A stretch of DNA of 64,000 bases, taken from assembly GCA_030390025.1 (NCBI GenBank), contig CM059432.1, forward strand, positions 46,936,001 through 47,000,000. Direction: 5' to 3'. This stretch comes from Squalus acanthias. Its lineage: Eukaryota. Shown here piece by piece: positions 25,426-39,900 of this stretch (position 1 is the first letter of the stretch; every line of letters begins with the position of its first letter). The translations under genes and the position numbers were made by a program. A model generated the notes under the pieces. It made no database searches and had not been told where the DNA came from. It saw only the letters and a list, made by a program, of their open reading frames with translations.

Positions 25426-26849
25426 AGGATGTTGATCCCCAGGATGTTGATGTTGGTGGTGGGGAGGGGGGAAGGTAATGCCATTGAATGTCAAGGGGAG
25501 TTGGTTAAACTCTCCCTTGTTGGATATGGTCACTACCTGGCAATTGAGTGGCACAAATGTTACTTGCCATTTATCAGCCCAAGACTGGATGTTGTCCAGG
25601 TCTTGCTGCATGCGGGCACAGACTGCTTCATTATCTGAGGAGTCGCGAATGGAACTGAACACCCTGCAATCACCAGCAAACAATCCCACTTCTGGCCTTA
25701 TGATGGAGGGAAGGTCATTGATGAAGCAGCTGAAGATAGTTGGGCCTGGGACACTGGCTTGAGGAACTCCTGCAGCGAAATCCTGGGGCTGAGATGATTA
25801 GCCTCCAACAACCACAACCATCTTTCTTTGTGCTAGGTATGACTCCAGCCAGTGGAAAGTTTTCCCCCTGATCCCCATTGATTTCAGTTTTACTAGGGCT
25901 CCTTTGTGCCACACTCCGTCAAATGCTGCTGTGATTGTCAAGGGCAGTCAATCTCACCTCACCTCTGGAACTAAGCTCTTTTGTCCATGTTTGGACCAAG
26001 GCTGTAATAAAGTCTGGAGCAGAGTGGTCCTGGTGGAACCCAAACTGAGCATTGGTAAGCAAGTTATTGGTGAGCAAGTGCTGCTTGATCGCATTGTTAA
26101 CAACTCCTTCCATCAGTTCCAGATGATTCAGATCAGGCTAATAAGGCAGTAATTGGCCGGGTTGGATTTATCATGCTTTTGGTGAACAGGACATAATTGG
26201 GCAATTTTGCACTTTGACTGGTAGATGCCAGTGTTATAGCTGTACTGAAACAGTTTGGCTACAGGTGTGACCTCTAGTTCTGGAGCATAGATCTTCAGCA
26301 CTATACCCAGGATGTTGTCTGAGTCCTCAGCCATTTCTTGATATTATGTGGAGTGAATCAAATTGGCTGAAGACTGGCTTCTGTGATGGTGGAGACCTCA
26401 GGAGGAGGTCTACTGATACTGTAGTAATTTGATCCCATTATCTATTAATCTATAAGCAAGCCTACTGTTTTATGATAGCTGAATAATTTGATTTTTTTCA
26501 TTACATCGGAATCAGGAGTTTTTATGGAGTCTTAGGAATCGCTTTCCATGATTATGGCCCACGAAATTCCCCAGGACACGATGATGGCGGTTATGCCAGG
26601 ACCATGCCCACAAGTGCCCTCAAATGCTGGCCTTGCCCAAGTTTGTGAGGTCAGCATGAGGGCACCTTACTTGATCAGCCAGCTGACATCCATTTCACCA
26701 TGCGCACATCTCGGGCACCTGTCTGGCCAATGCAGCCAGAAAATTAGACAACTGCTCACCACTGGGGCAGGGGGACCCTAGTCCTTCCACCTTCAAACCC
26801 CATCCAGTTTTACTTTGGTCAAACCCATTTTTTTTTTTTGATTACCTCG

Positions 26850-29255
26850 TCCTCACCAACACAAGGAAAAAACCTACTTGACCTCATCCTCACCAACCTA
26901 CGTGTCGCAGATGCATCTGTCCATGACAGTATTGGTAGCAGTGACCACCGCACAGTCATTGTGGTGACGAAGTCCCGTCTTCAAACTGAGGACACCCTCC
27001 ATCGTGTTGTGTGGCACTACCACCGTGCTAAATGGGATAAATTCAGAACAGATCTAGCAGCTCAAAACTGGGCATCCATGAGGCGCTGTGGGCCATCAGC
27101 AGCAGCAGAACTGTATTCCACCACAATCTGTAACCTCATGGCCCGGCATATCCCTCACTCTACCATTACCATCAAGCCAGGGGACCAACCCTGGTTCACT
27201 AAGGAGTGTCGAAGAGCATGCCAGGAGCAGCTCCAGGCGTACCTAAAAATGAGGTGCCAACCTGGGGAAGCTGCAACACAGGACTACATCCATGCTAAAA
27301 AGTGGGAACAGCATGCTATAGACAGGGCTAAGCGATCCCACAATCAACGGATCAGATCAAAGCTCTGCAGTCCTGCCACATCCAGTCGTGAATGGTGATG
27401 GACCATTAAACAACTAACGGGAGGAGGAGGCTCCATGAATATCCCCATCCTCAATGATGGTGGAGCCCAGCACGTGAATGCAAACAACAAGGCAACCATC
27501 CTCAGACAGAAGTGCCAAGTGGATGATCCATATCGGCCTCCTCCTGAGGGCCCCAATATCACAGAAGCCAGTCTTCAGCCAATTCGATTCACTCCACGTG
27601 ATATTAAGAAACGGCTCAGCGCACTGGATACAGCAAAGGCTATGGGCCCTGACAACATCCCAGCTATCGTGCTGAAGACTTGTGCTCCAGAACTAGCCGC
27701 TCCTCTAGCCAAGCTGTTCCAGTACAGCTACAACACTGGCATCTATCTGACAATGTGGAAAACTACCCAGATATGTCCTGTCCACAAAAAGCAGGACAAA
27801 TCCAATCCGGCCAATTACCGCCCCATCAGTCTACTTTCAATCATCAGCAAAGTGATGGGAGGTGTCATCAACAGTGCTATCAAGTGGCACTTACTCACCA
27901 ATAACCTGCTCACTGATGCCCAGTTTGGGTTCCGCTAGAACCACTCGACTCCTGACCTCATTACAGCCTTGGTCCAAACATGGACAAAGGAGCTGAATTC
28001 CAAAGGTGAGGTGAGGTGAGGTGAGTGACTGCCCTTGACATCAAGGCAACATTTGACCAAGTGCAGCATCAAGGAACCCTAGTAAAGCTGAAGTCAATGG
28101 GAATCGGGGGGAAAACTCTCCACTGGCTGGAGTCATACCTAGCACAAAGGAAGATGGTTGTGGTGGTTGGAGGTCAATCATCACAGCCCCAGGACATCAC
28201 TGCAGGAGTTTCACAGGGCAGATTGTCTGACAGTTTATAGAGTTCAGACCCGTGGAACAGACAACTCAAGACAAAGATTTCAGGGTAAACTATTCTTTAC
28301 TTAAAATCAGCAAGAGGTTACAAGTAAGTACTCAAAATACAACCCGTACTCAAATCATTTACGTGTTATAACCAAGCACACACGGAATGACAACCATACT
28401 CAAATCATTTACTTATTACGAGTAAGCACAATGAACGTCTTACACTTCCCTCCAACAGAAGCTCAGAAATGGGGATGTTTGCTGATGACTGCACAGTGTT
28501 CAGTTCCATTCGCAACTCCTCAGATAATGAAGCAGTCTGTGCCCGCATGCAGCAAGACCTGGATGACGTTCAGGCTTGGACTGATAAGTGGCAGGTAACC
28601 AGAAACTTAACTGGACCAACCATATAAATACTGTGGCAATGAGTGCAGGTCAGAGGCTAGGTATTCTGCGGCGAGTGTCTCACCTCCTGACTCCCCAAAG
28701 CCTTTCCACCATCTACAAGGCACAAGTCCGGAGTGTGATGCATACTCTCCACTTGCCTGGATGAGTGCAGCTCCAACAACACTCAAAAAGCTCAACATCA
28801 TCCAGGACAAAGCAGCCCGCTTGATTGGCACCCCATCCAACACCTTAAACATTCACTCCCTCCTTCACCACCGGCGTACCGTGGCTGCAGTGTGTACCAT
28901 CTACAAGATGCACTGCAGCAACTTGCCAAGGCTTCTTCGGCAGCACCTCCCAAACCCACTACCGCTTCCACCTAGAAGGACAAGGGCAGCAGGTGCATGG
29001 GAACTCCACCACCTCCAAGTTCCCCTCCAAGTCACACACCATGCTGACTTGGAAGTATATCGCCGATCCTTCATCGTCGCTGGGTCAAAATCCTGGAACT
29101 CCCTCCCTATAAGCACTGTGAGAGTACCTTCACCACACGGACTGCAGCAGTTCAAGAAACTGGCTCACCACCACCTTCTCAAGGGCAATTAGGGATGGGC
29201 AATAATTGCTGGCCTTGCCAGCGACACCCACATCCCATGAACGAATAAAAAAAAA
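26850..29255 (+). mobile_element. LINE family B, 5'-truncated (end of EN, RT, poly-A)
   Basis: LDLILTN, SSDH, KAMGPDNIP, NYRPISLL, QFGFR, FADD; A-tail at about 29247-29255. Confidence 0.9.
28224..28440 (-). mobile_element. Unclassified insertion, possibly an LTR 3' end
   Basis: Interrupts the LINE RT; minus strand has AGTAAA and ends ...TCAGACA; internal repeat TACTCAAATCATTTAC. Confidence 0.35.
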
Positions 29256-31040
29256 ATCTCCTCTTCAGGAATCCAGGCTACTTCTCTTGAACAAATCTTA
29301 ATTGGCCCAGCATTCACAGCCTTTTGGGGGGAGAGAGAGTTCCAGATTTCCACTACCCTTTGTGTGTAAAAAGTGCTTCCTGATTTGTCTCCTAAATGGC
29401 CTAGCTGTAATTAGTCATGGTGAAAATGGTCATGCACAGGCAATCTAGAGCACCTGGATGCAGCCACAGGAAACTCTCCTCTATTATAAGAAACAAGATA
29501 AAAGCTATTAGATTAACTCAAATGAAAATCTCTTGCAAGCCTGATTTAAAAAGAAATCATTAGATAATATGCTTTTTAATTACTCTACTTTAAAAATTAA
29601 TTTTGATATCACCTTGGATGTAACAAACATCGAATAATTTTACACAAGATTTGCAAGATCTCAACATTATAAGGGTTTGCCTGATATTTCCTGTCACAAA
29701 GTAACACTTGTCTTGCTTAATGCTCTGAAGTAAACAGATAGCTGAGCAGTTAATAAGATAGTAACTGGACTGCCTTTACTTAATCTTCTTACTTAACTAG
29801 AAATCATGGTGTGTAATTAAACAGAGTGCTTTGAATATTTATGCTAGTCCTGCCTATCAAATATGCCTGATATTTGCATTAATTATATAATTAGTATTAG
29901 CTAAAATAATAAAAATAAAATTATTATACTCACCTCACTGGATGTTAATTTGCATATAAAATAACCCCATTCCCCAAAATGGGTTTCTATAGTGAGCCTC
30001 AGATTATTAATGTTTTAATATTATTTATTACAAATAACATCCAAGAAGTGTACCAAACAGGATAAAATTTTCTCATAATTTCTAACATTCAATTTTTTCC
30101 CTTTCTGAAGGTTCTAACTCATGACACTGGGCACCCATGATACATAGCCTAAGAAGCCATAGGTGGCCATTTTTGATTTGTGACCCTAAACAGTATCACA
30201 AGGCTACTTGACTTTGGGAGTATCACATATCAACCCAATTCTGTCATAACCCAACACCCATACCTATGCATTTCTAGCAGTAATTAGATAGCAATCAGAA
30301 ATATGAATCCTGGCTGCTTTTTGCTCTCCTTAGCCCATTGACACTGAGGCTAATTGTAGTGGCCCAATACTGCTGCTGATACTAAGATCAGTTACATGGG
30401 CAGTTTCCATTATACATGTGAACAATGGAAATTTAAAAATCACGACAAAATGTACAACTTTAAAATGAGGACTAAATTATGTCTGTGCATTCTGGTACAA
30501 TTATCTCCCAGCATCTAAACCGGTTTCACCTGAAGAATACACTTGATCTTGACTCCCCATGTGCAACACCTTGTGACTCCAACTCGCACACATTTAAAAT
30601 TCTACAGAATGTCAAAGTGTATGGCATGCAATAATTCACTCTTCATGAGTCCATGCAATCATGAAGAAAGTGTCAATATATTTCCTGGTTTTTGTCCATA
30701 TTAGTAACACCTACATAACCAGATGGTTACACCTGCTGACTGTTGTGTACTCCTGTTAACATTCTTTAATCAATCACTAACTGGTGTAGCAATTTCAATA
30801 TCCAGTGAAAATTACTGTTACAAATTTCAAGTCTATCTTAGATATTCTCACAGGTTCAGTAGTGCTCCTCCCTCCACCTTATGTTCAGGAATGTGCCAGT
30901 ATTGCCCAATAGCCAATCATAGGGTAGTATCACATGAGGTGTAACAAGAGCACCTCTTCATGATCTGAATTAAATATCGTGAATTCAAAGGAGTAGGGGA
31001 GAAAACCGAGGTGGAAAACTGGCTTATATTCTAAACTAAG

Positions 31041-31100
31041 ACTAAGCCTTTATATTGGAATCTCACTGAGAGAGCTGGGTCTGAAAGAGGTTAATCCCAA
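31041..31100 (+). CDS. Host gene exon (LSLYIGISLRELGLKEVNP)
   Basis: AG acceptor, GTAAGC donor, 60 nt, phase 2-2, in frame with the next exon. Confidence 0.6.
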
Positions 31101-31232
31101 GTAAGCCATGATTACAGTGACAATCTTATTTGATTTCTTTAGACTGACTCAGGAAAGTACATTTAGATTGTTTTTGCTGGTGCTACAAACGCATTGCTAC
31201 AAAATGTTTCGTAAACTATGGTTTGTGTTTAG

Positions 31233-31314
31233 AAAAGTTACACCAAAACGGGAAGAGCCAAAGGACATTCAAAATGCTAGACCTCAGCAGGAAGACCAAA
31301 AGTCAGCAGCACAG
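31233..31314 (+). CDS. Host gene exon (KVTPKREEPKDIQNARPQQEDQKSAAQ)
   Basis: TTTGTGTTTAG acceptor, CAG|GTAAGT donor, phase 2-0. Confidence 0.78.
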
Positions 31315-31405
31315 GTAAGTGTGCAACTAATTGATTTTTCCACTGGTTACTGTTATTACTATATAATTACCACGGTTTTTTCTTTGTTTATTTTCTTCAT
31401 CGTAG

Positions 31406-31496
31406 GAAGCTAAAACAACCGAAAATGACTCGAGGAAGGCTGAGGGAAAAGATACAGAGGTCACAACAGCTCCCACGAACACTCAGGATAAGCAAG
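31406..31496 (+). CDS. Host gene exon (EAKTTENDSRKAEGKDTEVTTAPTNTQDKQ)
   Basis: Long pyrimidine tract plus TAG after a 91-nt intron, phase 0-1, donor AAG|GTCTGG. Confidence 0.75.
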
Positions 31497-34400
31497 GTCT
31501 GGATTGAGTGATAGATACTGTGTACTGTTTAAAGGATACGGTCATCAATAATGTCAATATGCTTAGGACCGGCCTAATATAAGAATTACACATAGAATCC
31601 TTGATTTGTATGGCCGTTCAGTTTACTACTGCTTTTGATGAAATTCACCAAAACATTGAACTATAAACCCGTAGGATAAAAAGTCCATCGACTGTTAACC
31701 GGTTTTGTCCCTGTTGATATAATTGTAAGCAAGAAAGGTTGACAATGGAAGAACCCTTAAAGTAAATTAACAAAATAATTAATCTGTTTAAAAAAAATTG
31801 AAATGTACCTTTTATTCTAAAATAAATCATGAATACACAATGTTGCCATTCTTTTCCCACCCCAACATAGCACAGATGTGAGTTAGGAGCTATAACTGTG
31901 ATCTGTTACAACAACACAAGTGTCACTGTGACAGACGAGTTGCTGGCGCTCACTTTTGTACTCAGAATGGTGCATATTGCAGTGCAAGGCATGATTCCCA
32001 CAATCCCTTACACAGCCAATCGCCATCCTCAGTGAGAGCAGCAACAGGTTCTGAACAGCCTGTTCCCACCCAATCCTGGTACCTACCTTCACCATTATAC
32101 ATATTGATCACCATCCTGTCACATACCCCAGGATTTACCAAAGCTATTGGGGCTACAATATTTTAGGCTGACCTGTGCTCCCTTCAAATGGAGCTTCCAT
32201 AATGGGAGTGCGGGATCACAGAGTTATTCCTATAGAATTTGAGTACATTACCAAAGGCACATGCCTAGGAGACATTGGGAGACATACAGAAAACAGTGGA
32301 GGCACTGAACAAATTAAAATGAGTGAAGCAAATACTATGTCCTGTAGCCTATTGCAAGCAGGTAATAAATGAGATTGTTTAAATGCTTAGCGTAATGTAA
32401 TGTTAATGTTTTGGAATAGACAATAATTCAATATGAAAAGTAAAGATACACTTATATCTAAAGTATGTCTGAAATTGTTAAACATAAGGTTAAAAAAAAC
32501 CTAGAGAAAAGTACAGAATGACTTATGCACAAAAGAATACCTTCCATGTCACATCTGTGCAGAAAAAAGAGGAAAATACAAGTTACCTTTCATGACAAAC
32601 AAAAGTAGACTTGGTGTGAACCACCGAAAGACAGTGACGGGAGAGGATAAATGTAGTGAGACAACTGATCAAAGATAATCACATTGAGCCAGTTCTGGGT
32701 GAATTCTTAATGTCAGTGTTTGTAAATTTGAGGACAAATATTTTCACAAATATTAATTTTCCTGGTACCAACGGGAAAGGTATCTTAACGGAACTTGAGA
32801 GAGTAGCAGTGCTGCTCAGAGTTAGATCAAAATGAGTTCAGGTGAAGTGCCCATTGAATATAGGTGGCTGTGTACATTGTGTAGTAAAGAAATTGAAAGG
32901 AGTACTTGAAACAGCTCACCTGGCAGGTGAATTTCCTTTTTTTTAATGAAAAAGGGGAAAATTCCTGTTTTCTCTTCAACTAAAGCTTACTAACAAAATT
33001 GCACTTCCAGAAAAATTACAAATTTCAGGGCGCTGAGTTATGATTTTGTTACTAAATCATTAATGATGGAGAAAAACATATGTTCCAATTTTTTGGTGGT
33101 ATTTTAGTCTCCTCTCCCACTGCCCATGCCCAATGGTACATTTCTTTCCTCAGTGTGGTGAGGCTAATGATGCTCTAAATTCACCATGATTACATTGCAA
33201 TGCAGATCTAGAACACTAGGGGCAACATTGAAATAACTGTGTATGAACAAATTTCTACACATAGAATCATAGAATAGTACAGCACAGAAGGAGGCCATTC
33301 GGCCCATCGAGTCTGCACCGGCTCTTTCAAAGAGCAATCCAGTTAGTCCCACTCCCCCGCTCTTTCCCCATATCCCGGCAATTTTTTCTCCTTCAAGTAT
33401 TTATCCAATTCCCTTTTGAAGGCTACGATTGAATCTGTATCCACCACCCTATCAGGCAGTGCACTCCAAGTCCTAACCACTCGTTGCATAAAAAGTTTCT
33501 CCTTGTGTTGCCTCTGGTTCTTTTGCCAATCACCTTAAATCTATGTCCTCTCGTTATCGACCCTTCAGCCGTTGGAAATCGTTTCTCTTTATTTACTCTA
33601 TCTAATTCCTTCATGATTTTAAACAACTCTATCAAAGCTCCTCTTAGCCTTCTCTGCTCCAAGGAGAACAACCCCAGTTTCTCTAATCTATCCACATAAC
33701 TGTAATCCCTCATCCCAGGAACCATTATAGTGAATCTCTTCTGTACCCTCTCCAAAGCCTTCACGTCCTTCCTAAAGTGTGGTATCCAGAATTGAACACG
33801 ATACTCCAGCTGAGGCGAAACTAGTGTTTTATATAGGTTCAGCATAACTTCCTGGCTTTTCTTCTCTTTGCCTCTATTTATAAAGCCCAGGATCCTATAT
33901 GCTTTATTCACTGCTTTGTTAACCTGTCCTGCCTCCTTCAAAGATTTGTTCACAAGTACCCCCAGGTCTCTCTCTTCTTGCACCCCCTTTAAAATTGTAC
34001 TGTTTAGCATGCATTGTCTCTCCTCATTCTTCCTAACAAAATGTATCACCTCACACTTCTCTGCATTGAATTTCATCTGTTATGTGTCTGCCCATTCCAC
34101 CAGCCTGTCTATGTCTTCTTGAAGTCCATTACTATCTTCCTCACTGTTTACTACACTAACAAGTTTCATGTCATCTGCAAATTTTTAAATTGTGCCCTGT
34201 ACGCCCAAGTCCAAGTCATTAATGTATATCAAAAACAGCAGTGGTCCTAGTACTGAACCTTGGGGAATGCCACTGTATACCTCTCTCCAGTCCAAAGAAA
34301 AGGCCATTCACCACAACTCTCTGTTTTCTATCCCTTAGCCACTTTTGTGTCCATGCTGCTACTGCCCCTTTTATCCCATGGGCTTCAATTTAGCTAACAA

Positions 34401-35379
34401 GCCTAATAAGTGGTACTTTATCAAACGCCTTTTGAAAGTCCATATACACAACAGCAACGGCACTGCCCTCATCCACCCTCTCTGTTTCCTCACCAAAAAA
34501 ACTCAATCGAGTTAGTCAAACACGATTTGCCATCAATAAATCCATGCTGGCTCTCCTTTATTAGTCCATGCTTGTCGAAGTGGCTGTTAATTTTCTCCCT
34601 GATTATTGTTTCTAAAAGTTTCCCCACCAACAACATTAAACTGACTGGCCTGTAATTGTCAGTTTTCTTCTTTTTTCTCTTTTTTGAAAAAGGGTGTAAC
34701 ATTTGCAATCCTCCAGTACTTTGGCACCACCCCTGTATCTAAGGAGGATTGGAAGATTGTGGCCAGTACCTCCGCAATTTCTACCCCTACTTCCCACAGC
34801 AACCTAGGATGCATCCCACCTGGACCAGGCAACTTATCCACTTTAATTACCGCCAGCCTATCTAGTACCTCCTCTTTATCTATTTTTATCTCATCCAGTA
34901 TCCCAGCAACCTCCTCGTTTACCATAGCTTTGGCAAAGTCCTCTTCCTTGGTAAACACCAATGCAAAGTACTAATTTAGTACCTCAGCTGTGCCTTCTGC
35001 CTGCACCAATAGTTCTCCATTTTGGTCCCTAATCGGCCCCACCACTGACAACCCTTTTTACTGTTAATATGCCAATAGAAGACCTTTATGTTAGCCGCTA
35101 ATCTATTCTTGTACTGTCTCTTCGCCCCTCTTATTTCCTTTTTCACTTCTCTGTACTTTTTATATTCATCCTGATTATCCCTTGTATAATCAAGCTGTCA
35201 AACGACCCCTTTTTTCTGCTTCATCCTACTCTCCAACTCCTTCATCATCCAGGGAGCTCTGACTTTGGTTGCCCCCCCCCCCCCTTTTCCCCTTGTAGGA
35301 ATGTATCTCGACTGTACCCGAACCATTTCCTCTTTAAAGGCAGCCCATTACTCCATTACATTTTTGCTTGCCAATCTTT

Positions 35380-37078
35380 GGCCGCAATTTTGCCAGTCCT
35401 CAGCGTGCGGGATTGGAGGCGGGACGGCTGTCAAAATCGAAAAGATTGACAGCAGGTAGGATACCCGCTGTCAACCCGCCTCCAATCAATCTTCCCAAGT
35501 GTCGGGTCCCCGATTTGTGCATGGACCCAACACCTAGCGGCGGGAAGAGGATTATAGCCACTTACCTGGCTGTTAACAGGTACTTGATACTTGTTAACAG
35601 GCTCTTTTTCAATTTTGCCGCTTCTGCCTTGGGTTCCCCGACGTCAGGACACCACGCCAGGTAAGTGTGGCGTGTTGTGAGTCTGCTGTAATGTTTCTGC
35701 ATTGATGACAGCTGCAGAAGTAGTGTGAAGGATCCAAAGGTGCACTGGTGAGTTTCAGAGGTAAGAAAATGTTGGGAAAATCATTTTTTAAATATTTACT
35801 CTTTTCTGTAGGTAACAAGTTTTGAATTGGCTGTCTAGTCCCACCTCAGAATCATAGAGTCATAGAAAGTTACAGCACGGAAGGAGGCCATTTCAGCCCA
35901 TCGTGTCCGTGCCGGCCAACAAAGAGCTATCCAGCCTAATCCCACTTCCCAGTTCTTGGTCCGTAGCCCTGCAGGTTAGAGCATCCCAAGTGCACATCCA
36001 AGTACTTTTTAAATGTGGTTAGGGTTCCTGCCTCTACCACCCTTTCAGGCAGTGAGTTCCAGACCCCCACAACTCTCTGGGTGAAGAAATTTCCTTTCAG
36101 ATCCCCTCTAAACTTTCCACCAATTACTTTAAATCAGTGCCCCCTGGTTTTTGATCCCTCTGCTAAGGGAAATAGGTCCTTTCTATCCACTTTATCTATG
36201 CCCCTCATAATTTTATACGACTCAATAAGGGCTCCCCTCAGCCTCCTCTGTTCCAAGGAAAACAGAGCCAGCCTATCCAGTCTTTCCTCATAGCTAAGAT
36301 TCTCTACTCCCGGCAACATCCTTGTAAATCCCCTCTGTACCCTCTCCAGTGCAATCACATCTTTCCTGTAATGTGGTGACCAGAACTGCACGCAGTGCTC
36401 CAGCTGAGGCCTAACTGGTGTTTCATACAGTTGAAGCATAACCCCCCTGCTCTTGTATTCTATGCCACAGCTAATAAAGGCAAGCATTCCGTATGCCTTC
36501 TTAACCACCTTTCAACTTGGCCTGCTACCTTCAGGGATCTGTGGACATGTACTCCAAGGTCCCTTGCTTCCTCTACACTACTCAGTGTCCTACCATTTAA
36601 TGTGTATTCCCTTTCCTTGTTAGCTCTCCCCAATTGGGAGGGCTAACAAGGAAACGAGGCTAACAACCTCATTGGGAGAACCTCTCTTACCAGTGACAGA
36701 TTGCTTCTGTAACCTCACCTGCAGCTTCCATCTGTTCTAGCCTATGGAAGGAGTCACTGGAGAGCCTGGGTGCAAGAGCTCACCTGTGAACAGTCATTGT
36801 CAGTGTTTGCAGCACCTCAATGCTGTCAAACACTGAGAAATGAGCTGTCCAAGAAAAATTGTGCATGGTCCCTTTAAGAAAACTGGCAGATGGTGCGTCA
36901 TCAAGTGACGTCATCTGACCGGCTTCTTCTTAATTGGCCGGCAAGCCCGCAGGGCGGGTTTAACAAGGCCAATCGACGTAAAATCACGTCCGTTGGCTGG
37001 ATGCAGTTGGGGGCGGGACTGGAACCCGGAAACCAGCTGACTCACTCCCAAGCCGCATTCATTTGCAAAATCGTGGCC
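35380..37078. mobile_element. Harbinger MITE (same family as 55308) carrying a nested CR1
   Basis: TIRs GGCCGCAATTTT / AAAATCGTGGCC; TTT TSD. Confidence 0.9.
35849..36665 (-). mobile_element. CR1 3' fragment nested in the MITE
   Basis: ORF 36134-36508 is the CR1 C-terminus; ACCTCA TSD, checked against the empty site in the 55308 copy. Confidence 0.9.
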
Positions 37079-37159
37079 TTTGACTCCAATTTACCCGGGC
37101 CAGATATGTCCTCAATTTGCTGAGATTAGCCCTCCTCCAGTTAAGTACTTTTATTCTAG

Positions 37160-39900
37160 ACTACTCCTTGACCATTCGGAAGGATAGACAGAAAGGAAAG
37201 GGAGGCAGGGTGGCTTTGTTGGTAAAGGATGGGATCAGTGCAGTGGTGGGAAGTGATATTGGCTCAGAAGATCAAGATGTAGAATTGGTTTGGGTGGAGA
37301 TAAAAAATAATAAGGGGAAAAAGTCTCTGGTGGGTGTAGTCTACAGGCCCCCAAACAGTAGCAATACTGTTGGACAGAGTATAAATCAACAAATAATGTA
37401 GGCCTGTAAAAAAAAAAGGTATGGTAATAATCATGGGTGATTTTAATCTCCATATTGATTGGACAAATCAAATTGGCCATGGTAGTCTTGAGGAGGAGTT
37501 CATAGAGTGCATCCTGGATGGTTTCCCAGAACAGTATGTAATGGAACCAACCAGGGAGCAGGCTATCTTGGATCTGGTACTGTGTAATGAGACAGAATTA
37601 ATAAATGATCTCACAGTAAAGAATCCTCTAGGAAAGAGTGATCATAGCATGGTTGAACTTCAAATTCAGTTGGAGGGTGAGAAAGTAGTATCTCAAACCA
37701 GTGTCCTGATCTTAAACAAAAGCAATTACAATGGCATGAGGGCAGAACTGGCTAAAGTGGACTGGAAAAATAAACTAAAGGGTAAGGCAGTTGAAATGCA
37801 GTGGTGGACATTTAAGGAGATATTTCATAACTCTCAACAAAAATATATTCCAGTGAGAAAGAAAGATTTTAAGAGAAGGGAGCACCATCTGTGGCTAACT
37901 AAGGAAGTAAAGGATGGTACCAAATTGAAAACAAAGGCATACAATGTTGCCAAGATTGATGGGAGACCATAGGATTGGGAAATTTTTAAAAATCAGCAAA
38001 GGATGACTAAAAAAATAATAAAGAGAGAGAAGATGAATTATTAGAGTAAACGGGCCAGAAATATTAAAACAGATAGTAAGAGCTTCTACAGGTATATAAA
38101 AAGGAAGAGGATAGCTAAAGTAAACATTGGTCCCTTAGAGGATGAGACTGGGGAATTAATAATGGGGAACGGGGAAATGGCAGAGACTCTGAACAAATAT
38201 TTTGTATCTGTCTTCACGGTAGAAGACACTAACAACATCCCAATAATAGATAATCAAGGGGCCACAGGGAGGGGGGAACTAAAGACAATCACTATCACGA
38301 AAGAAATAGTACTTGGTAAAATAATGGGACTAAAAGACGACAGGTCCCCTGGACCAGATGGCCTGCATCCCAGGGTCTTAAAAGAAGTGGCTGAGAGATA
38401 GTGGATGCATTGGTTGCAATATACCAAAATTCCCTGGACTCTGGAGAGGTCCCAGCGGATTGGAAAACCGCAAATGTAACACCCCTATTTAAGAAAAGAG
38501 GGAGACAGAAAGCAGGAAACTATAGACCAGTTAGCCTAACATCTGTCGTTGGGAAAATGCTGGAGTCCTTCATTAAGGAAGCACTAGCAGGGCATTTGGA
38601 AAATCATAATGCAGTCAAGCAGAGTCAGCATGGTTTTATGAAAGGGAAATCATGTTTAACAAATTTGCTGGAGTTCTTTGAGCATGTAATGAGCAGGGTG
38701 GACAAAGGTGAACCAGTGGATGTGGTGTATTTGGATTTCCAGAAGGCATTCGATAAGGTGCCACATAAAAGGTGACTGCATCAGATAAGAGCTCACGGAA
38801 TTTGGGGTAATATATTAGCATGGATAGAGAATTGGCTAACTAACAGAAAGCAGAGAGTCGGGATAAATGGGTCATTTTCCGGTTGGCAAACGGTAACTAG
38901 TGGGGTGCCACAGGGATCGGTGCTGGGGCCTCAACTATTTACAATCTATATTAATGACTTGGATGAAGGGACCGAGTGTAATGTAGCCAAGTTTGCGGAT
39001 GATACAAAGATGGGTGGGAAAGCAAGTGGTGCAGAGGACTCAAAGAATCTGCAAAGGGATATAGACAGGCTAAGTGAGTGGGCAAACATTTGGCAGATGG
39101 AGTATAATGTGGGAAAGTGCGAGGTTATCCACTTTGGCAGGAAAAATAAAAAAACCAATTATTATTTAAATGAAGAGAGATTACAAAATGCTACAGTTCA
39201 GAGGGACCTGGGGGTCCTTGTGCATGAAGCACAAAAAGTTAGCATGCAGGTACAGCAAGTAATCAAAAAGGCAAATGGAATGTTGGCCTTTATTTCAAGG
39301 GGGTTGGAGTATAAAAGCAGGGAAGTCCTGCTACAACTGTACAGGGTATTGGTGAGACCACACCTTAAGTACTGCGTACAGTTTTGGTCTCCTTATTTAA
39401 GGAAGGACATACTTGCATTGGAGGCAGTTCAGAGACAATTCACTAGGTTAATTCCAGAGATGAGGGGATTGACTTATGAAGAAAGGTTGAGCAGGTTGGG
39501 CCTATACTCATTGGAATTTAGAAGAAACATATAAGATACTGAGGGGGCTCGACAAGGTAGATGCAGAGAGGATTTTTCCCCTCGTGGGGAAATCTAGGGG
39601 GCACAGTTTCAGAACAAAGGGTCGCCCTTTTAGAACTGAGATGAGGAGGAATTTCTTCTCTCAGAGGGTCGTAAATCTGTGGAATTCTCTGCCCCAAAGA
39701 GCTGTGGAGGCTGGGTTATTAAATACATTTAAGGTGGAGATAGGCAGATTTTTGCAAGATAAGGGAGTGAAGGGTTATGGGGAGCGGGTGGGGAAGTGGC
39801 TTTGAGCCCAAGATCAGCCATGATCTTATTGAATGGCGGAGCAGGCTCGAGGGGCCAAGTGGCCTATTCCTGCTCCTATTTCTTATGTTCTTATGTTCTT
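37160..39900 (+). mobile_element. CR1 LINE, degraded ORF2 (EN plus RT)
   Basis: YRPPN, GDFN, SDH, YRPVSL, QGSVLGP, FADD; (TTCTTATG)n tail. Confidence 0.93.

Larger units (their letters stand above)
19722..26410 (-). mobile_element. LINE family B, split by CR1, Harbinger and Penelope insertions
   Basis: Collinear pieces 19722-20058, 21019-21277, 24217-24296, 25426-26410 with RT motifs (QFGFHQDHSAPD, SNPANYCLISL, MQQDLDNIQSWADKWQV). Confidence 0.88.
33258..37140 (-). mobile_element. CR1 LINE, 5'-truncated, interrupted by a MITE
   Basis: RT ORF pieces (NYRPVSL, SQHGF, MKFNAEKC, LEYRVQFW); ATTCTATG tail. Confidence 0.92.

Noticed and set aside
24700..25689. 329-aa RT/GIY-YIG fusion protein (similarly ORF 20326-21168)
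   Set aside because: Chance in-frame read-through across an insertion junction between unrelated elements
26556..26830. Another Harbinger-type MITE starting GGCCCACGAAATT
   Set aside because: No right end or TSD found
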